The translations under genes and the position numbers were made by a program. This document shows, one piece after another, positions 41,333 to 50,691 of a stretch of 64,000 nt of DNA; within the stretch, counting starts at the first letter, position 1; every line of letters begins with the position of its first letter. This DNA comes from a virus (Duplodnaviria; Caudoviricetes). The stretch lies in the IMG/VR virus record IMGVR_UViG_3300035208_002115. One strand, written 5' to 3'. The notes under the pieces were generated by a model. It saw nothing but the letters and a program-made list of their open reading frames with translations, ran no database searches and was not told where the DNA came from.

Positions 41333-41350
41333 TTTTTTAGATGTTTTTAA

Positions 41351-41648
41351 TCTACAATAATCCTCATTTTTATATGTTCACTCACCTAAGACTGTCAACG
41401 GCAGCATGAATATTCGATATGCCTACCTTCAATTTAGCGTGTTCACTCACCCTTTGCTATCAAAATGCAATGTATACCCATGATGTGTCTACCTTCAATT
41501 TAGCGTGTTCACTCACCAGTCTAAAGTTTTATACGAATAAAGGTCTCGATGTGTCTACCTTCAATTTAGCGTGTTCACTCACCAAAAGGATAAGTCGATC
41601 AGCATCCCTACCGATGTGTCTACCTTCAATTTAGCGTGTTCACTCACC
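41351..41648 (-). CRISPR. CRISPR-like mini-array: four 36-bp repeats plus one degenerate terminal repeat, four spacers of 29-30 bp; no cas genes in the window
   Basis: GATGTGTCTACCTTCAATTTAGCGTGTTCACTCACC at 41482, 41548 and 41613 (identical) and at 41416 (2 mismatches); degenerate copy at 41351-41386. Unique spacers 41387-41415, 41452-41481, 41518-41547, 41584-41612. Confidence 0.85.
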
Positions 41649-41914
41649 ATACTACTAACTAATTTATTAATATTCAAATCATTAAGATGATATTTTTCTT
41701 CTAAAATTTGATGTATTTTAGAGAAAGAATAATATAAAATGTATTTTTTTAAATCATAATTAAAATAAACAATATTATTTTTCTTACCAATTAAATAATC
41801 AGAATCATTTTCAGAAACATACCATTCTGTATCCTTAATGATATTCCAAAGGAAGTATTTTGGACTTCTGGCTTCCTGAATCTTTTGTATTATATCTAAA
41901 GTATCTTCTTCCAT
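41579..41914 (-). CDS. 111-aa protein whose C-terminus is encoded by the first repeat and spacer of the array
   Basis: Codons 89-101 (M-VSEHAKLKVDT-S) span the repeat at 41648-41613; the spacer gives VGMLIDLSF-W; the stop TGA lies in the next repeat. Confidence 0.75.
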   Translation of the reverse strand: MEEDTLDIIQKIQEARSPKYFLWNIIKDTEWYVSENDSDYLIGKKNNIVYFNYDLKKYILYYSFSKIHQILEEKYHLNDLNINKLVSSMVSEHAKLKVDTSVGMLIDLSFW

Positions 41915-41917
41915 TCT

Positions 41918-42493
41918 TTATGAGAGATATGCCATACATTTGTTTTTAGCCTCGGTTAGCTCAATGAATTTATCTCTGTTACCACCTTTGTCTGGGTGGT
42001 GAACCATTGATAATTTGCGGTATGCCCCTTTAACATCTTCTAATGTAGCATCAGTTTCTAACCCAAGAACTTGAAAACTGGATGATGGTTTTTGTTTTGA
42101 AAACAATGAATGTAAAAAGAATCCAAATATCCAAGAATCTTCTTCTTTTTCCATGCGTTCCCAATCTTCTTTTCTTTTTTTCCAATCTTCTTTTTCCTGT
42201 CGTTGTCGCTCCATTACTTCAGGAAACAATTCTTCCCGTAATTTAGCTATCACAGAAGCGAAAAAATATTTCCAGAGTTTTTCAGGTAATTGACCAGCCG
42301 TTTTTTTATCTATGCCATCCCATTTCATTCGAATAGCATTGACAGCGTTATTATAACCTTTAATATTACCTCGTGCATTACCCACTTCTAAAAGTGTAAT
42401 AAAATCCATTGTCAAGTCTGAAATGAATTCATTATGACTGAAGTTTACACCTTTATCAAGGTTATATTTTTTAATGTAATCGAGTGGTTTCAT
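41918..42493 (-). CDS. Protein with C-terminal DnaJ (J) domain
   Basis: FQVLGL...VKGAYRKLSMVHHPDKGG...F..L.EA. Confidence 0.85.
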   Translation of the reverse strand: MKPLDYIKKYNLDKGVNFSHNEFISDLTMDFITLLEVGNARGNIKGYNNAVNAIRMKWDGIDKKTAGQLPEKLWKYFFASVIAKLREELFPEVMERQRQEKEDWKKRKEDWERMEKEEDSWIFGFFLHSLFSKQKPSSSFQVLGLETDATLEDVKGAYRKLSMVHHPDKGGNRDKFIELTEAKNKCMAYLS

Positions 42494-42494
42494 A

Positions 42495-42770
42495 TTATTC
42501 GTCAGGTAATGTGTTATGTTTAATCATATTAAATATTGGAAAAACAAAAAATGTAAATATTCCACAGAAAACAGTAACTGCATATACTAATACTTCACCG
42601 AGTTTCTGAAAATCTGTTAATTTACCTATTTTATATGTTACAGGATGGGTTGTATCAAGCGATTCAATTTTATTTTTCTTGACATATATCCGAATCTTTA
42701 TTGACCATATTAATAAACAAATATAGATAGGAATCCAATAAATCATTAATATTATAATAGGCAAGTTCAT
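42495..42770 (-). CDS. Small 2-TM membrane protein
   Basis: Two hydrophobic helices. Confidence 0.55.
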   Translation of the reverse strand: MNLPIIILMIYWIPIYICLLIWSIKIRIYVKKNKIESLDTTHPVTYKIGKLTDFQKLGEVLVYAVTVFCGIFTFFVFPIFNMIKHNTLPDE

Positions 42771-42771
42771 A

Positions 42772-43083
42772 TTATTCTTCGATTAAATCAAATTGCCCGA
42801 TGAAAACAACATATGTGTTTTGAAATAATATTTCAGGTTCACCTTCTCCCATAGAAACATCGACACCTTTATTAGATACTCTATTAAGATATTCTGTCAC
42901 TTCTTCATCAACAGGTATACCCCAAGCTCTTTCACCAATTTCATAATCTTCCCAAACTTTTATAATTTGGAATTGTACTGGTTTTTCGTATTTTTCATCA
43001 TGTTCCCAGTTGCTCATCCCAGTCCCACCGAACTTATTATGAAAGGAAAAGCTTTTAAAGTTATAAATTTGTCCTACTATCAT
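42772..43083 (-). CDS. Hypothetical protein
   Basis: Packed ORF. Confidence 0.5.
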   Translation of the reverse strand: MIVGQIYNFKSFSFHNKFGGTGMSNWEHDEKYEKPVQFQIIKVWEDYEIGERAWGIPVDEEVTEYLNRVSNKGVDVSMGEGEPEILFQNTYVVFIGQFDLIEE

Positions 43084-43097
43084 ATATTTGGTTTTTA

Positions 43098-43346
43098 TTA
43101 ATCAAAAATACATTCGTGCATCACAAAAGTGATAACATCATTAAGAGTTTCCTTAGACCACCAAAATATTCTTGCACCGTTGGTTGGAAAATGTTCCTTT
43201 TGATAATTCAATTTCGCTTCTGCATCTTTTTTAGAAGATGCAAGCTGTATACCAGTTACTTTCATTTCGGTTGGCATATCCCAAAACGCTTGCTGTAATT
43301 CTTCTAAAGAATCATACTCATTTAAGTCTATATGTAATTTCTTCAT
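43098..43346 (-). CDS. Hypothetical protein
   Basis: Packed ORF. Confidence 0.5.
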   Translation of the reverse strand: MKKLHIDLNEYDSLEELQQAFWDMPTEMKVTGIQLASSKKDAEAKLNYQKEHFPTNGARIFWWSKETLNDVITFVMHECIFD

Positions 43347-43354
43347 AATTCGTT

Positions 43355-43609
43355 TTAAAAAATTTCATCAAGTTTAGCTTTGCGTTCTTCTCGCTTTAAT
43401 TCTTCTCTTGTTTTTTTATTATTATCAAAAGAATTCATACTATTAGTAATATCAAACATGATATTATAATCAATAGGATGAAATTTTTTACCACAATTAT
43501 CACAAAATAAATCTTCTGGAATATCAACTTGAAATAATCCATCATGTATTCTGACATTACAATTATTAAATATTTTTTCTTTCATAAAAAAATATAATTT
43601 AATTGACAA
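43355..43609 (-). CDS. Small Zn-ribbon protein with C-terminal RKAKLDEIF tag
   Basis: CDNCG; start may be MKEKIF. Confidence 0.5.
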   Translation of the reverse strand: MSIKLYFFMKEKIFNNCNVRIHDGLFQVDIPEDLFCDNCGKKFHPIDYNIMFDITNSMNSFDNNKKTREELKREERKAKLDEIF

Positions 43610-43696
43610 AAATAATCATTAAATCTAATAAAAAAAATTACAAAGTATAAACTAAACCCGAAATATATAATATATAAACAAAAAAATTAAACAAAA

Positions 43697-43990
43697 ATGT
43701 TAAAGACCTGTTTAAATTTGATATTAGAACATAAAAAGCTTACTGAATATCATTCCAAAATTCATACACTTGTATATCAGTTTGGTGACGAACAGCTCGC
43801 TTATATGTTGCAAAGGGGAGCAGTAATAGACCAGAATTCTTCTATTATGTTGAATTTTATACCAAATGTTGGATTTAGGTGTACAAATCTAAATAATTCA
43901 AGAATTGGTAAACTTCCAATATGTGGACAACTGGAAGAATTATTAAACACTAAATATCTGGAACTTGTAATTCCAAAAAAAGATGAATAA
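43697..43990 (+). CDS. Hypothetical protein
   Basis: 97-aa ORF, A-rich leader. Confidence 0.5.
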   Translation: MLKTCLNLILEHKKLTEYHSKIHTLVYQFGDEQLAYMLQRGAVIDQNSSIMLNFIPNVGFRCTNLNNSRIGKLPICGQLEELLNTKYLELVIPKKDE

Positions 43991-44019
43991 TATTCATCTT
44001 TCAAAAATAAAATTATTTA

Positions 44020-44568
44020 ATGATTCTACCAATATACACCTATGGCGAACCAATACTTATACAACAACCAAGAACAATCGATTTAATAAATGAAAAAAAT
44101 TATATACAAGACTTAATAAGAAATATGTTTGAAACCCTTAATGCAGCCAAGGGTGTAGGACTGGCTGCTCATCAGGTTGGTGTTCCTATAAAATTATTTA
44201 TTGTTGATACTACTGATGGACTTGGTGAAGATATGTTTTTTGGGTTCAAAGAAGTATTTATAAATCCAATTATAATAGAAAGAAGTGATAGTAAAACCAC
44301 TGCAACTGAAGGTTGTTTAAGTTTCCCAAATTTGATGGATGATGTGTTTCGACCTGATAAAATATGTATTGATTATTTAAATGCTAACTTTGAACATAAA
44401 ATTGTCGATTATGAGGGAATTATAGCCAGAATTATACAACATGAATATGACCATATATTTGGAACATTGTTTATAAAACGTTTTGATGTCAAATCTTTAA
44501 AGAAAATAAATAAAACTTTAACTGACATTGAGAATAAAAGAATAAAGACAAATTATAAAATTATTTAA
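44020..44568 (+). CDS. def: Peptide deformylase
   Basis: GVGLAAHQVG, EGCLSFP, QHEYDH. Confidence 0.95.
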   Translation: MILPIYTYGEPILIQQPRTIDLINEKNYIQDLIRNMFETLNAAKGVGLAAHQVGVPIKLFIVDTTDGLGEDMFFGFKEVFINPIIIERSDSKTTATEGCLSFPNLMDDVFRPDKICIDYLNANFEHKIVDYEGIIARIIQHEYDHIFGTLFIKRFDVKSLKKINKTLTDIENKRIKTNYKII

Positions 44569-44578
44569 ATATCTTTTC

Positions 44579-44950
44579 ATGATTGTTAAAAAATATGCTA
44601 TTTATAAAATAGAACAATCTTCATTTGATTCGAATTCTCATATTAATGTGAATAGTTATAATTCTAATGAATTTAACATAAAATTAAATACTTTTCCAAC
44701 ACCTTTTAGTAAAATGGTATTAATAAGAAAATATGACTTATCAATAAAAAACCCAGAAGATAATGTTAAATCAGCATATTTTGACACTGAAATAGATGCT
44801 ATGGAAGCTGTTCGGTTGAATATGCATATGAATCCTATAAATATAAATACATTCGATTCCCATATAACAATTTTACCAGTTTTAGAGGAAGTCACTGAAT
44901 TACAGGAAATACGGAGATTAAAAATAAAAGGTATATTACAAGATGATTAA
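44579..44950 (+). CDS. Hypothetical protein with C-terminal RRLKIKGIL tag
   Basis: Shared C-terminal motif. Confidence 0.5.
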   Translation: MIVKKYAIYKIEQSSFDSNSHINVNSYNSNEFNIKLNTFPTPFSKMVLIRKYDLSIKNPEDNVKSAYFDTEIDAMEAVRLNMHMNPININTFDSHITILPVLEEVTELQEIRRLKIKGILQDD

Positions 44951-45146
44951 AAAGGATGATGTTTTCAGTGTGTGGTGGGATGAAAATAAAGAAAAAATAT
45001 ATGAATCCCATACGGATTTAGAAGCTGTTTCACATATTTCTTTTGTAGCTGGAGCTAAAGCTATGGAGATGTTTATGGAAAAACATTTTGACAATTCAAA
45101 TAATAAGAAGAACTTTGTGAAGAAACATTTTTGGGATTTATTATAA
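44943..45146 (+). CDS. Hypothetical protein
   Basis: Overlaps the upstream stop. Confidence 0.45.
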   Translation: MIKKDDVFSVWWDENKEKIYESHTDLEAVSHISFVAGAKAMEMFMEKHFDNSNNKKNFVKKHFWDLL

Positions 45147-45175
45147 AAATAAAAATATTTTAACGGTAGAATAAG

Positions 45176-45442
45176 ATGGTTAAAAAAGAAGATAACTTAA
45201 CCGAAGTCAAGAAAGTCGAATCAGATATATCTGATGTTAGACTATCGGATGGTGAAATTTCAAAACAAAAAGTTGAAAATGTTGGTGAGGAATTTATGAA
45301 ATGGGCTGAACAATATTGGGCATTAGAAAAGATAATTACAAATGGATTTGGAGATGGAAAAAATGGTGCTGAAAGTTGTCCATATTCATACATTAGAGAA
45401 ATATTTGTTAATAAGATAAATGAACTTTCTTGTGAAAGATAA
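45176..45442 (+). CDS. Hypothetical protein
   Basis: 88-aa ORF. Confidence 0.45.
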   Translation: MVKKEDNLTEVKKVESDISDVRLSDGEISKQKVENVGEEFMKWAEQYWALEKIITNGFGDGKNGAESCPYSYIREIFVNKINELSCER

Positions 45443-45468
45443 ATTATAAAAAAAATAAAAAAAAATAT

Positions 45469-45948
45469 ATGAAAACAACAGAAACACACATATTCTTTTT
45501 AAAAGAATGGCTCAGTAATTTTAAATATTGTACCATCATGTCTGGTGGAAATAAATTTAGTAATACTGAACAACTATTCATGTATCATAAAGCTATATTT
45601 TTTGAAGATGAAGATATAGCCGAAAAGATATTAGTAACTCCTGTTCCATATGAAGCTAAAGCATTAGGAAGATTAGTAAAAGGTTATAATGATGAAGATT
45701 GGAATAAAGTTCGTTATGATGTCATGTATCAGTCCAATCTTCTTAAATATATACAAAACGAGGATTTAAAAGAAAAATTATTAGCTACTGGTAATAAGAT
45801 TTTGGTGGAAGTTAATCCACGAGATGCTATATGGGGTATATCTATGGATGAAAACGACCCAGATATATTGGATGAATCAAAATGGAAAGGTCAGAATCTA
45901 CTTGGTAAAGTTTTGATGGATGTCAGAGAAACATTAAAGAAAAAATAA
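45469..45948 (+). CDS. NADAR (YbiA-like) family protein
   Basis: LSNF...EQ.FM..KA..F.D...K.LGR...W...LL.TG...LVE..P.D.IWG...GQNLLG..LM.VRE. Confidence 0.9.
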   Translation: MKTTETHIFFLKEWLSNFKYCTIMSGGNKFSNTEQLFMYHKAIFFEDEDIAEKILVTPVPYEAKALGRLVKGYNDEDWNKVRYDVMYQSNLLKYIQNEDLKEKLLATGNKILVEVNPRDAIWGISMDENDPDILDESKWKGQNLLGKVLMDVRETLKKK

Positions 45949-45962
45949 AAATATAATTCGGA

Positions 45963-46184
45963 TTATATTTTTTTGAAAACTGTCCAATCTTGTTCAGTAA
46001 AAATATCATCTAATACCGACCATATTCCTAATATATATTTTTTTTCGGCTTGTGATATTTTTATATAATTGATAATAGCATTTTTCATTTTTTCATGTGC
46101 CTCTATTTCTTCATTAGATGCTATTGGTATACCAATATTATTTTCATTTAATTCAAAATTATCATATTTCTTTAAGTGATTCAT
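45963..46184 (-). CDS. Small CTS-tagged protein
   Basis: Starts MNHLKKYDNFELNE; TAATATATA at 46204-46212. Confidence 0.5.
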   Translation of the reverse strand: MNHLKKYDNFELNENNIGIPIASNEEIEAHEKMKNAIINYIKISQAEKKYILGIWSVLDDIFTEQDWTVFKKI

Positions 46185-46216
46185 GTGGCATCGTTATTTT
46201 TATTATATATTAAATA

Positions 46217-46588
46217 TTAAAGTGTTTTTCTTAAAACTTTCTCTTTTATTTCTGGAATAGATAAGATAAAATTTATAATATTTGTGTTATCTTCGTTGAT
46301 GTTATCTCTAATAACAGAAATAAGTTTATCAGTTATTCCTTTATCTATAATTTTTTTGATACCTACTAAATCGTTTTTTATAAACAAGGACATAAATATT
46401 GATTCCATTAGATATGTTAATATCTTTTTATTCTCAATGAAATAATAAAGTATTTCCACATTTCTAACCCGATATATTATATTATTTAGAATATGAAATT
46501 GGTTATCCGTTAATCCCTTCTCCACATATAATTTTATATTATTTAAATCTTCAAGATACATTACATTTCTAAATAATTCATCTTTCAT
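46217..46588 (-). CDS. Hypothetical protein, weak ankyrin-like pattern
   Basis: NNIKLYVEKG / VEILYYFIE / GIKKIIDKG. Confidence 0.4.
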   Translation of the reverse strand: MKDELFRNVMYLEDLNNIKLYVEKGLTDNQFHILNNIIYRVRNVEILYYFIENKKILTYLMESIFMSLFIKNDLVGIKKIIDKGITDKLISVIRDNINEDNTNIINFILSIPEIKEKVLRKTL

Positions 46589-46603
46589 CTTTATATTTTT
46601 ATT

Positions 46604-49600
46604 TTAATAGGTAGTTCCACTATTATTTATATCGCTACTATATTCCTCAACAATCCATAGACTACCATCATCATCTATAATATAATATCCTTGGTTAGTT
46701 CCGATTCTTGGGTAATATTTATAACGGAAATTATTATTAATTAAATAATAATTTTTTGGTTCATCAAAGTTGAACAACTCTGTGTTTCTATATCCAACAC
46801 CATAATCGCCATAATATGCAGTTTCAATATAAATATACGGGTCTATATTTTTATCAATATTAAAATTAAAAGGTTCAAGGTCGGTTTTAAATACTTTAAA
46901 ATACTGAACTGGTACTAATTTACCATTACTATCTTTAGAAAATGTTTTAACTATTAATTCAAAATGGTCTGGAACAAATCCAGTGGTTGTATAAAAATGT
47001 ATTGAAAATAAATAGTTCGTGCTAAAGTTCAATGTTGTTATGTAATTGAAATTAATAACAATTCCAGTTTTTTCAGTCCTAAATTTTGTCACTTGATTAG
47101 AAGTATCATGGACTAAATAATTTGTAGCTGGTATTTTAGCAGAACCAGTAATATCTACAATATTAGTTGAAAGAGGTATGATGTTTTCCCTTAACCACAA
47201 TTTTAATTTTTGAAGTTTTATTTGAACTTCTTTCAATGAATATACATTTATATTGTAACCATCTTCATCAGTAATTTTATATGTTAAATTAAAAAGATTT
47301 GTTTTAACATAATTATTTCTATTTCCTTTATTACTTATAAAATCTACCTCATTCCATCCATCTATTGTAGTATCAAAAATATCGGGTATATGTATTCTCA
47401 TATATTTCTTATAAAATGGTGAACTTGAATTTACATTTTTATAATATTCATATACAGATAAATCATTATATCCAAAGAAATTAATAGCACCCATAAGAGA
47501 TTTGTATGCACCAATATAATTATAAATCTTAGGATACATAAGTAACATTTCTTTTCTCTTTTGATTTAATAAAGTATAATCTATTCCATCTTCTTCTATA
47601 TCCGATTCTTTGAATATCATTTCTTCTTCTTTATTAATTCGGATACCCAAATTTTTTAAATTTATATCGAATCTTTCATCTTCTACCTCAGTCTCACCAT
47701 ATATAGAAAACCGTGCTATCTCTTTTGGTTGAACCGAAATAGAAAAATTAAAAGTTTTGCCAGACGAATTGAAATAAACAAAATCACTTTCAGTATTTGT
47801 GATATCAACAATTAACTTATTTTTCAGAACACTCACAAGTGTGTATGTTTCATAATTTTCAAAAATTGATTGGTCATATGGATTTGTATCAGAAATTTTA
47901 ACTTGAATAGGTTGACCTACTTCAAACCCCTTATTAATAAACCCATCAAATAAATTAGATTTATATTCAATAGTACCATCCGTGTTAAAAACAAAATAAT
48001 TATCTGATATACCAGTTGTACCACTAAATATGATGGTTTCAATTAACTCAATCTTCATTATATTATAATTGACTCCTTCATTTGGAGTATTATATCCAAT
48101 AAATATTTCAAACGGCCTTGGTAAATAATTAAAATCGTCATCTGAATCTAACTGTGGTAATAGAAAATTTAGTTCAGAAAATATAGTTTGTTGATATTTT
48201 GGATTTGTTATATGTTCCAATTTTGTGTTAGGTTCTTTATTTAATCTAATAACATTTTGTTGTCTATAATCCCAAAGCGGTATTTGACCATCATATCGTA
48301 ATTTTTCAATATAATTTCCAGATGAATCTTTTGGTGGTTGTAATTGATTTCCTGAAATATCGTAGAAAAATATAGAATCATCAATTGGATGTTCATCAGT
48401 TGGTATCCAAGATAATTTAAAATAAATATCTTTATCATAAGACAACCTCGGTTTACGTATATATTCTCTTGAATCTATATCCAGAATAATATTATTTTCT
48501 TCAAAAAACACACCCTGATATGATAATTGTATGACTGTCGGTGACAACCCAATAATATTATATTCTTTATCATTTTCATTATATGAACTTCCTGAAACAC
48601 TTATCACCATACCAGTTGATAAACCAACTGTATATAAATCAGTAGTACCTGCCATATCCAATTGGTTACCAGTTAAAATTATTCCTTCGCTTCGAAATTC
48701 ATTTTCTGCTTGGTATAATATATCATAAGATGAATTTAAATTTACTTTCACCTTTAAATTTAGTATGGCAACATCAGGGTATAATGTCTCAATATATAAC
48801 TTATTATCAATAGTAGTACCAGTATGAATATCAACCCCTTTATTATATAATGCGGTGTAATATTTATTTACAAAATCTTTAATAGTTTCCTGTGTTTTGT
48901 TAGTAGTACCAGAATTATCTTGGAAATTGATAAAATATTCAACATCATTTAAAGTTAGACAGAAACCATAATCCAGTACATCATCATACAAGTCAAAAAG
49001 AATTTCTTCATTATATTTTTTTGATAATTTATTAGTTTCATATAAATATATTTTTTCATTGTATAATTTTTCTTCTGTAAAAATATAATGGATATCAGAA
49101 ATATCTAAAACTGAATAAGAATTCTGGTTGGATATTGTGCTTACAGTTGTTCCACTTTCTTCTAAATATAATTTTGTTGTAAAATACGGTGAATAAGAAA
49201 AATCATATAATCCTTCTATAAACAATTTATCATCCAATAAATATGAATTGATACCCAATTTATTTAAATCGTTGTTATAATTTTCGACAAATGCGTTTAT
49301 AGTTTCATGATATATTGTAAAACCCGATGCTGCTGGTAAAATGTTTTGTTTATAATTTAAAATATTTGTTGTTAAATAACAATTTCCATCAATGGTTTGG
49401 GTCTGAGCTATACCAGTGGCATCAAATGTATTATATTCATAAAATCTTAAACGTTTAACAATAGCCATATTCGTGATGTTTTCTTCGTGTACAAATTGTT
49501 CCAATTGTATATAAGTGTACCCATCTTCTATATAAGAATTTAAAACTTTAAAGTCTTTTCTTGTGTTTAAAGAACCTGCCCCAGCAAAATAAATAATATC

Positions 49601-50608
49601 ATTTGCAACTAATGGTACATTAAGTGTTGATGTTGACCTAACATAATATTCAGATTCATCTGATAAATTCTCATCATAATATTCATAAAATTCTAAGGCC
49701 ATTGCAGTTTTTACCGACACACGGTCATTTATACTACTAACTGTATATTGATAACCGTTCAATAATTGTCCACCGTTATAATCTTCAAATATGATGTTTT
49801 GTCCTATTTTAAAAGAATTACCGAATGGCTCACTAAATACAAATTTATTTCCAGTTACAGTGACAGAACCACTGTGTAATAATATTCTATCGGTTAATAA
49901 TGTTACTTCAAGATTTAAGGTACAATTTGTATTACCAGATAATTGATAATCATAAATATTTCTTTTTAAAATTTCACGGTCAGCAACTTCTACTACACCA
50001 GAATTTTTTTCTGAATTTACAATCGATAATTGTTTACCTACATATATTTTTGAAGCGAGATATGCACTATATCCTTGATTGTAATCTGGGTATTTTATTA
50101 CATCACAACTATAAATTTTTCCTGATATATAAGTAAATGATAAAAAAGTGTCGTTTGTTGTCGTTGTTTGAATTAAAATTTCATTTTTTCTCGTTTCCAA
50201 TACATTAAAATATAATGCATCATCGAAATCTGTGTAGTTTGCACCGCTTAATACAAAACGAACAATTGTTCCCTCTGGAAATAATTGATGAAAGCCTCTA
50301 CCCTTTATCCATTTAGTTCTAAAGACTGGAGAATTGTTTGATTTTTTAATACCTTCTATATCCAGTCCCTGTTTTGTTGAACCTTTTAATATAATTCCAC
50401 TATCATTATACAATTCGAATTTATTAAAATTAAAATATTCAGCAAATGATATGGGTTCTACATGTTCAAACAAATAGATACCAATGGTTTTATATAAATC
50501 GCTACTATTTGGGTCGAATAATATTTTACCTTCCCATTTATCATTTTCTTCGTTATATTGAAAGTTATATGGATAACCCTCTTTGTTGTAAAATCTGAGA
50601 TTCTTCAC
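46604..50608 (-). CDS. Large virion structural protein, probably a baseplate wedge component
   Basis: 1334 aa, beta-rich; C-terminal RKEMLL...YIGAYKSL..AINFFGY..L..YEY resembles wedge proteins; TAATATATA at 50644-50652. Confidence 0.55.
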   Translation of the reverse strand: MKNLRFYNKEGYPYNFQYNEENDKWEGKILFDPNSSDLYKTIGIYLFEHVEPISFAEYFNFNKFELYNDSGIILKGSTKQGLDIEGIKKSNNSPVFRTKWIKGRGFHQLFPEGTIVRFVLSGANYTDFDDALYFNVLETRKNEILIQTTTTNDTFLSFTYISGKIYSCDVIKYPDYNQGYSAYLASKIYVGKQLSIVNSEKNSGVVEVADREILKRNIYDYQLSGNTNCTLNLEVTLLTDRILLHSGSVTVTGNKFVFSEPFGNSFKIGQNIIFEDYNGGQLLNGYQYTVSSINDRVSVKTAMALEFYEYYDENLSDESEYYVRSTSTLNVPLVANDIIYFAGAGSLNTRKDFKVLNSYIEDGYTYIQLEQFVHEENITNMAIVKRLRFYEYNTFDATGIAQTQTIDGNCYLTTNILNYKQNILPAASGFTIYHETINAFVENYNNDLNKLGINSYLLDDKLFIEGLYDFSYSPYFTTKLYLEESGTTVSTISNQNSYSVLDISDIHYIFTEEKLYNEKIYLYETNKLSKKYNEEILFDLYDDVLDYGFCLTLNDVEYFINFQDNSGTTNKTQETIKDFVNKYYTALYNKGVDIHTGTTIDNKLYIETLYPDVAILNLKVKVNLNSSYDILYQAENEFRSEGIILTGNQLDMAGTTDLYTVGLSTGMVISVSGSSYNENDKEYNIIGLSPTVIQLSYQGVFFEENNIILDIDSREYIRKPRLSYDKDIYFKLSWIPTDEHPIDDSIFFYDISGNQLQPPKDSSGNYIEKLRYDGQIPLWDYRQQNVIRLNKEPNTKLEHITNPKYQQTIFSELNFLLPQLDSDDDFNYLPRPFEIFIGYNTPNEGVNYNIMKIELIETIIFSGTTGISDNYFVFNTDGTIEYKSNLFDGFINKGFEVGQPIQVKISDTNPYDQSIFENYETYTLVSVLKNKLIVDITNTESDFVYFNSSGKTFNFSISVQPKEIARFSIYGETEVEDERFDINLKNLGIRINKEEEMIFKESDIEEDGIDYTLLNQKRKEMLLMYPKIYNYIGAYKSLMGAINFFGYNDLSVYEYYKNVNSSSPFYKKYMRIHIPDIFDTTIDGWNEVDFISNKGNRNNYVKTNLFNLTYKITDEDGYNINVYSLKEVQIKLQKLKLWLRENIIPLSTNIVDITGSAKIPATNYLVHDTSNQVTKFRTEKTGIVINFNYITTLNFSTNYLFSIHFYTTTGFVPDHFELIVKTFSKDSNGKLVPVQYFKVFKTDLEPFNFNIDKNIDPYIYIETAYYGDYGVGYRNTELFNFDEPKNYYLINNNFRYKYYPRIGTNQGYYIIDDDGSLWIVEEYSSDINNSGTTY

Positions 50609-50691
50609 TAAGTATGAAAGTATTATTTTTTTAGAATTTCTATTATATATTAAAAAATATACTTCTAAAAATAAATTATTACATTTGGGGT

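Noticed and set aside
41419-41634. 71-aa plus-strand ORF with repeated STFNLACSLT
   Set aside because: It is the repeat array read on the opposite strand, antisense to the surrounding operon.
41351-41648. Array as a simple tandem repeat or a DGR template/variable repeat
   Set aside because: The spacers are mutually unrelated rather than A-to-N variants, and no reverse transcriptase is in the window.
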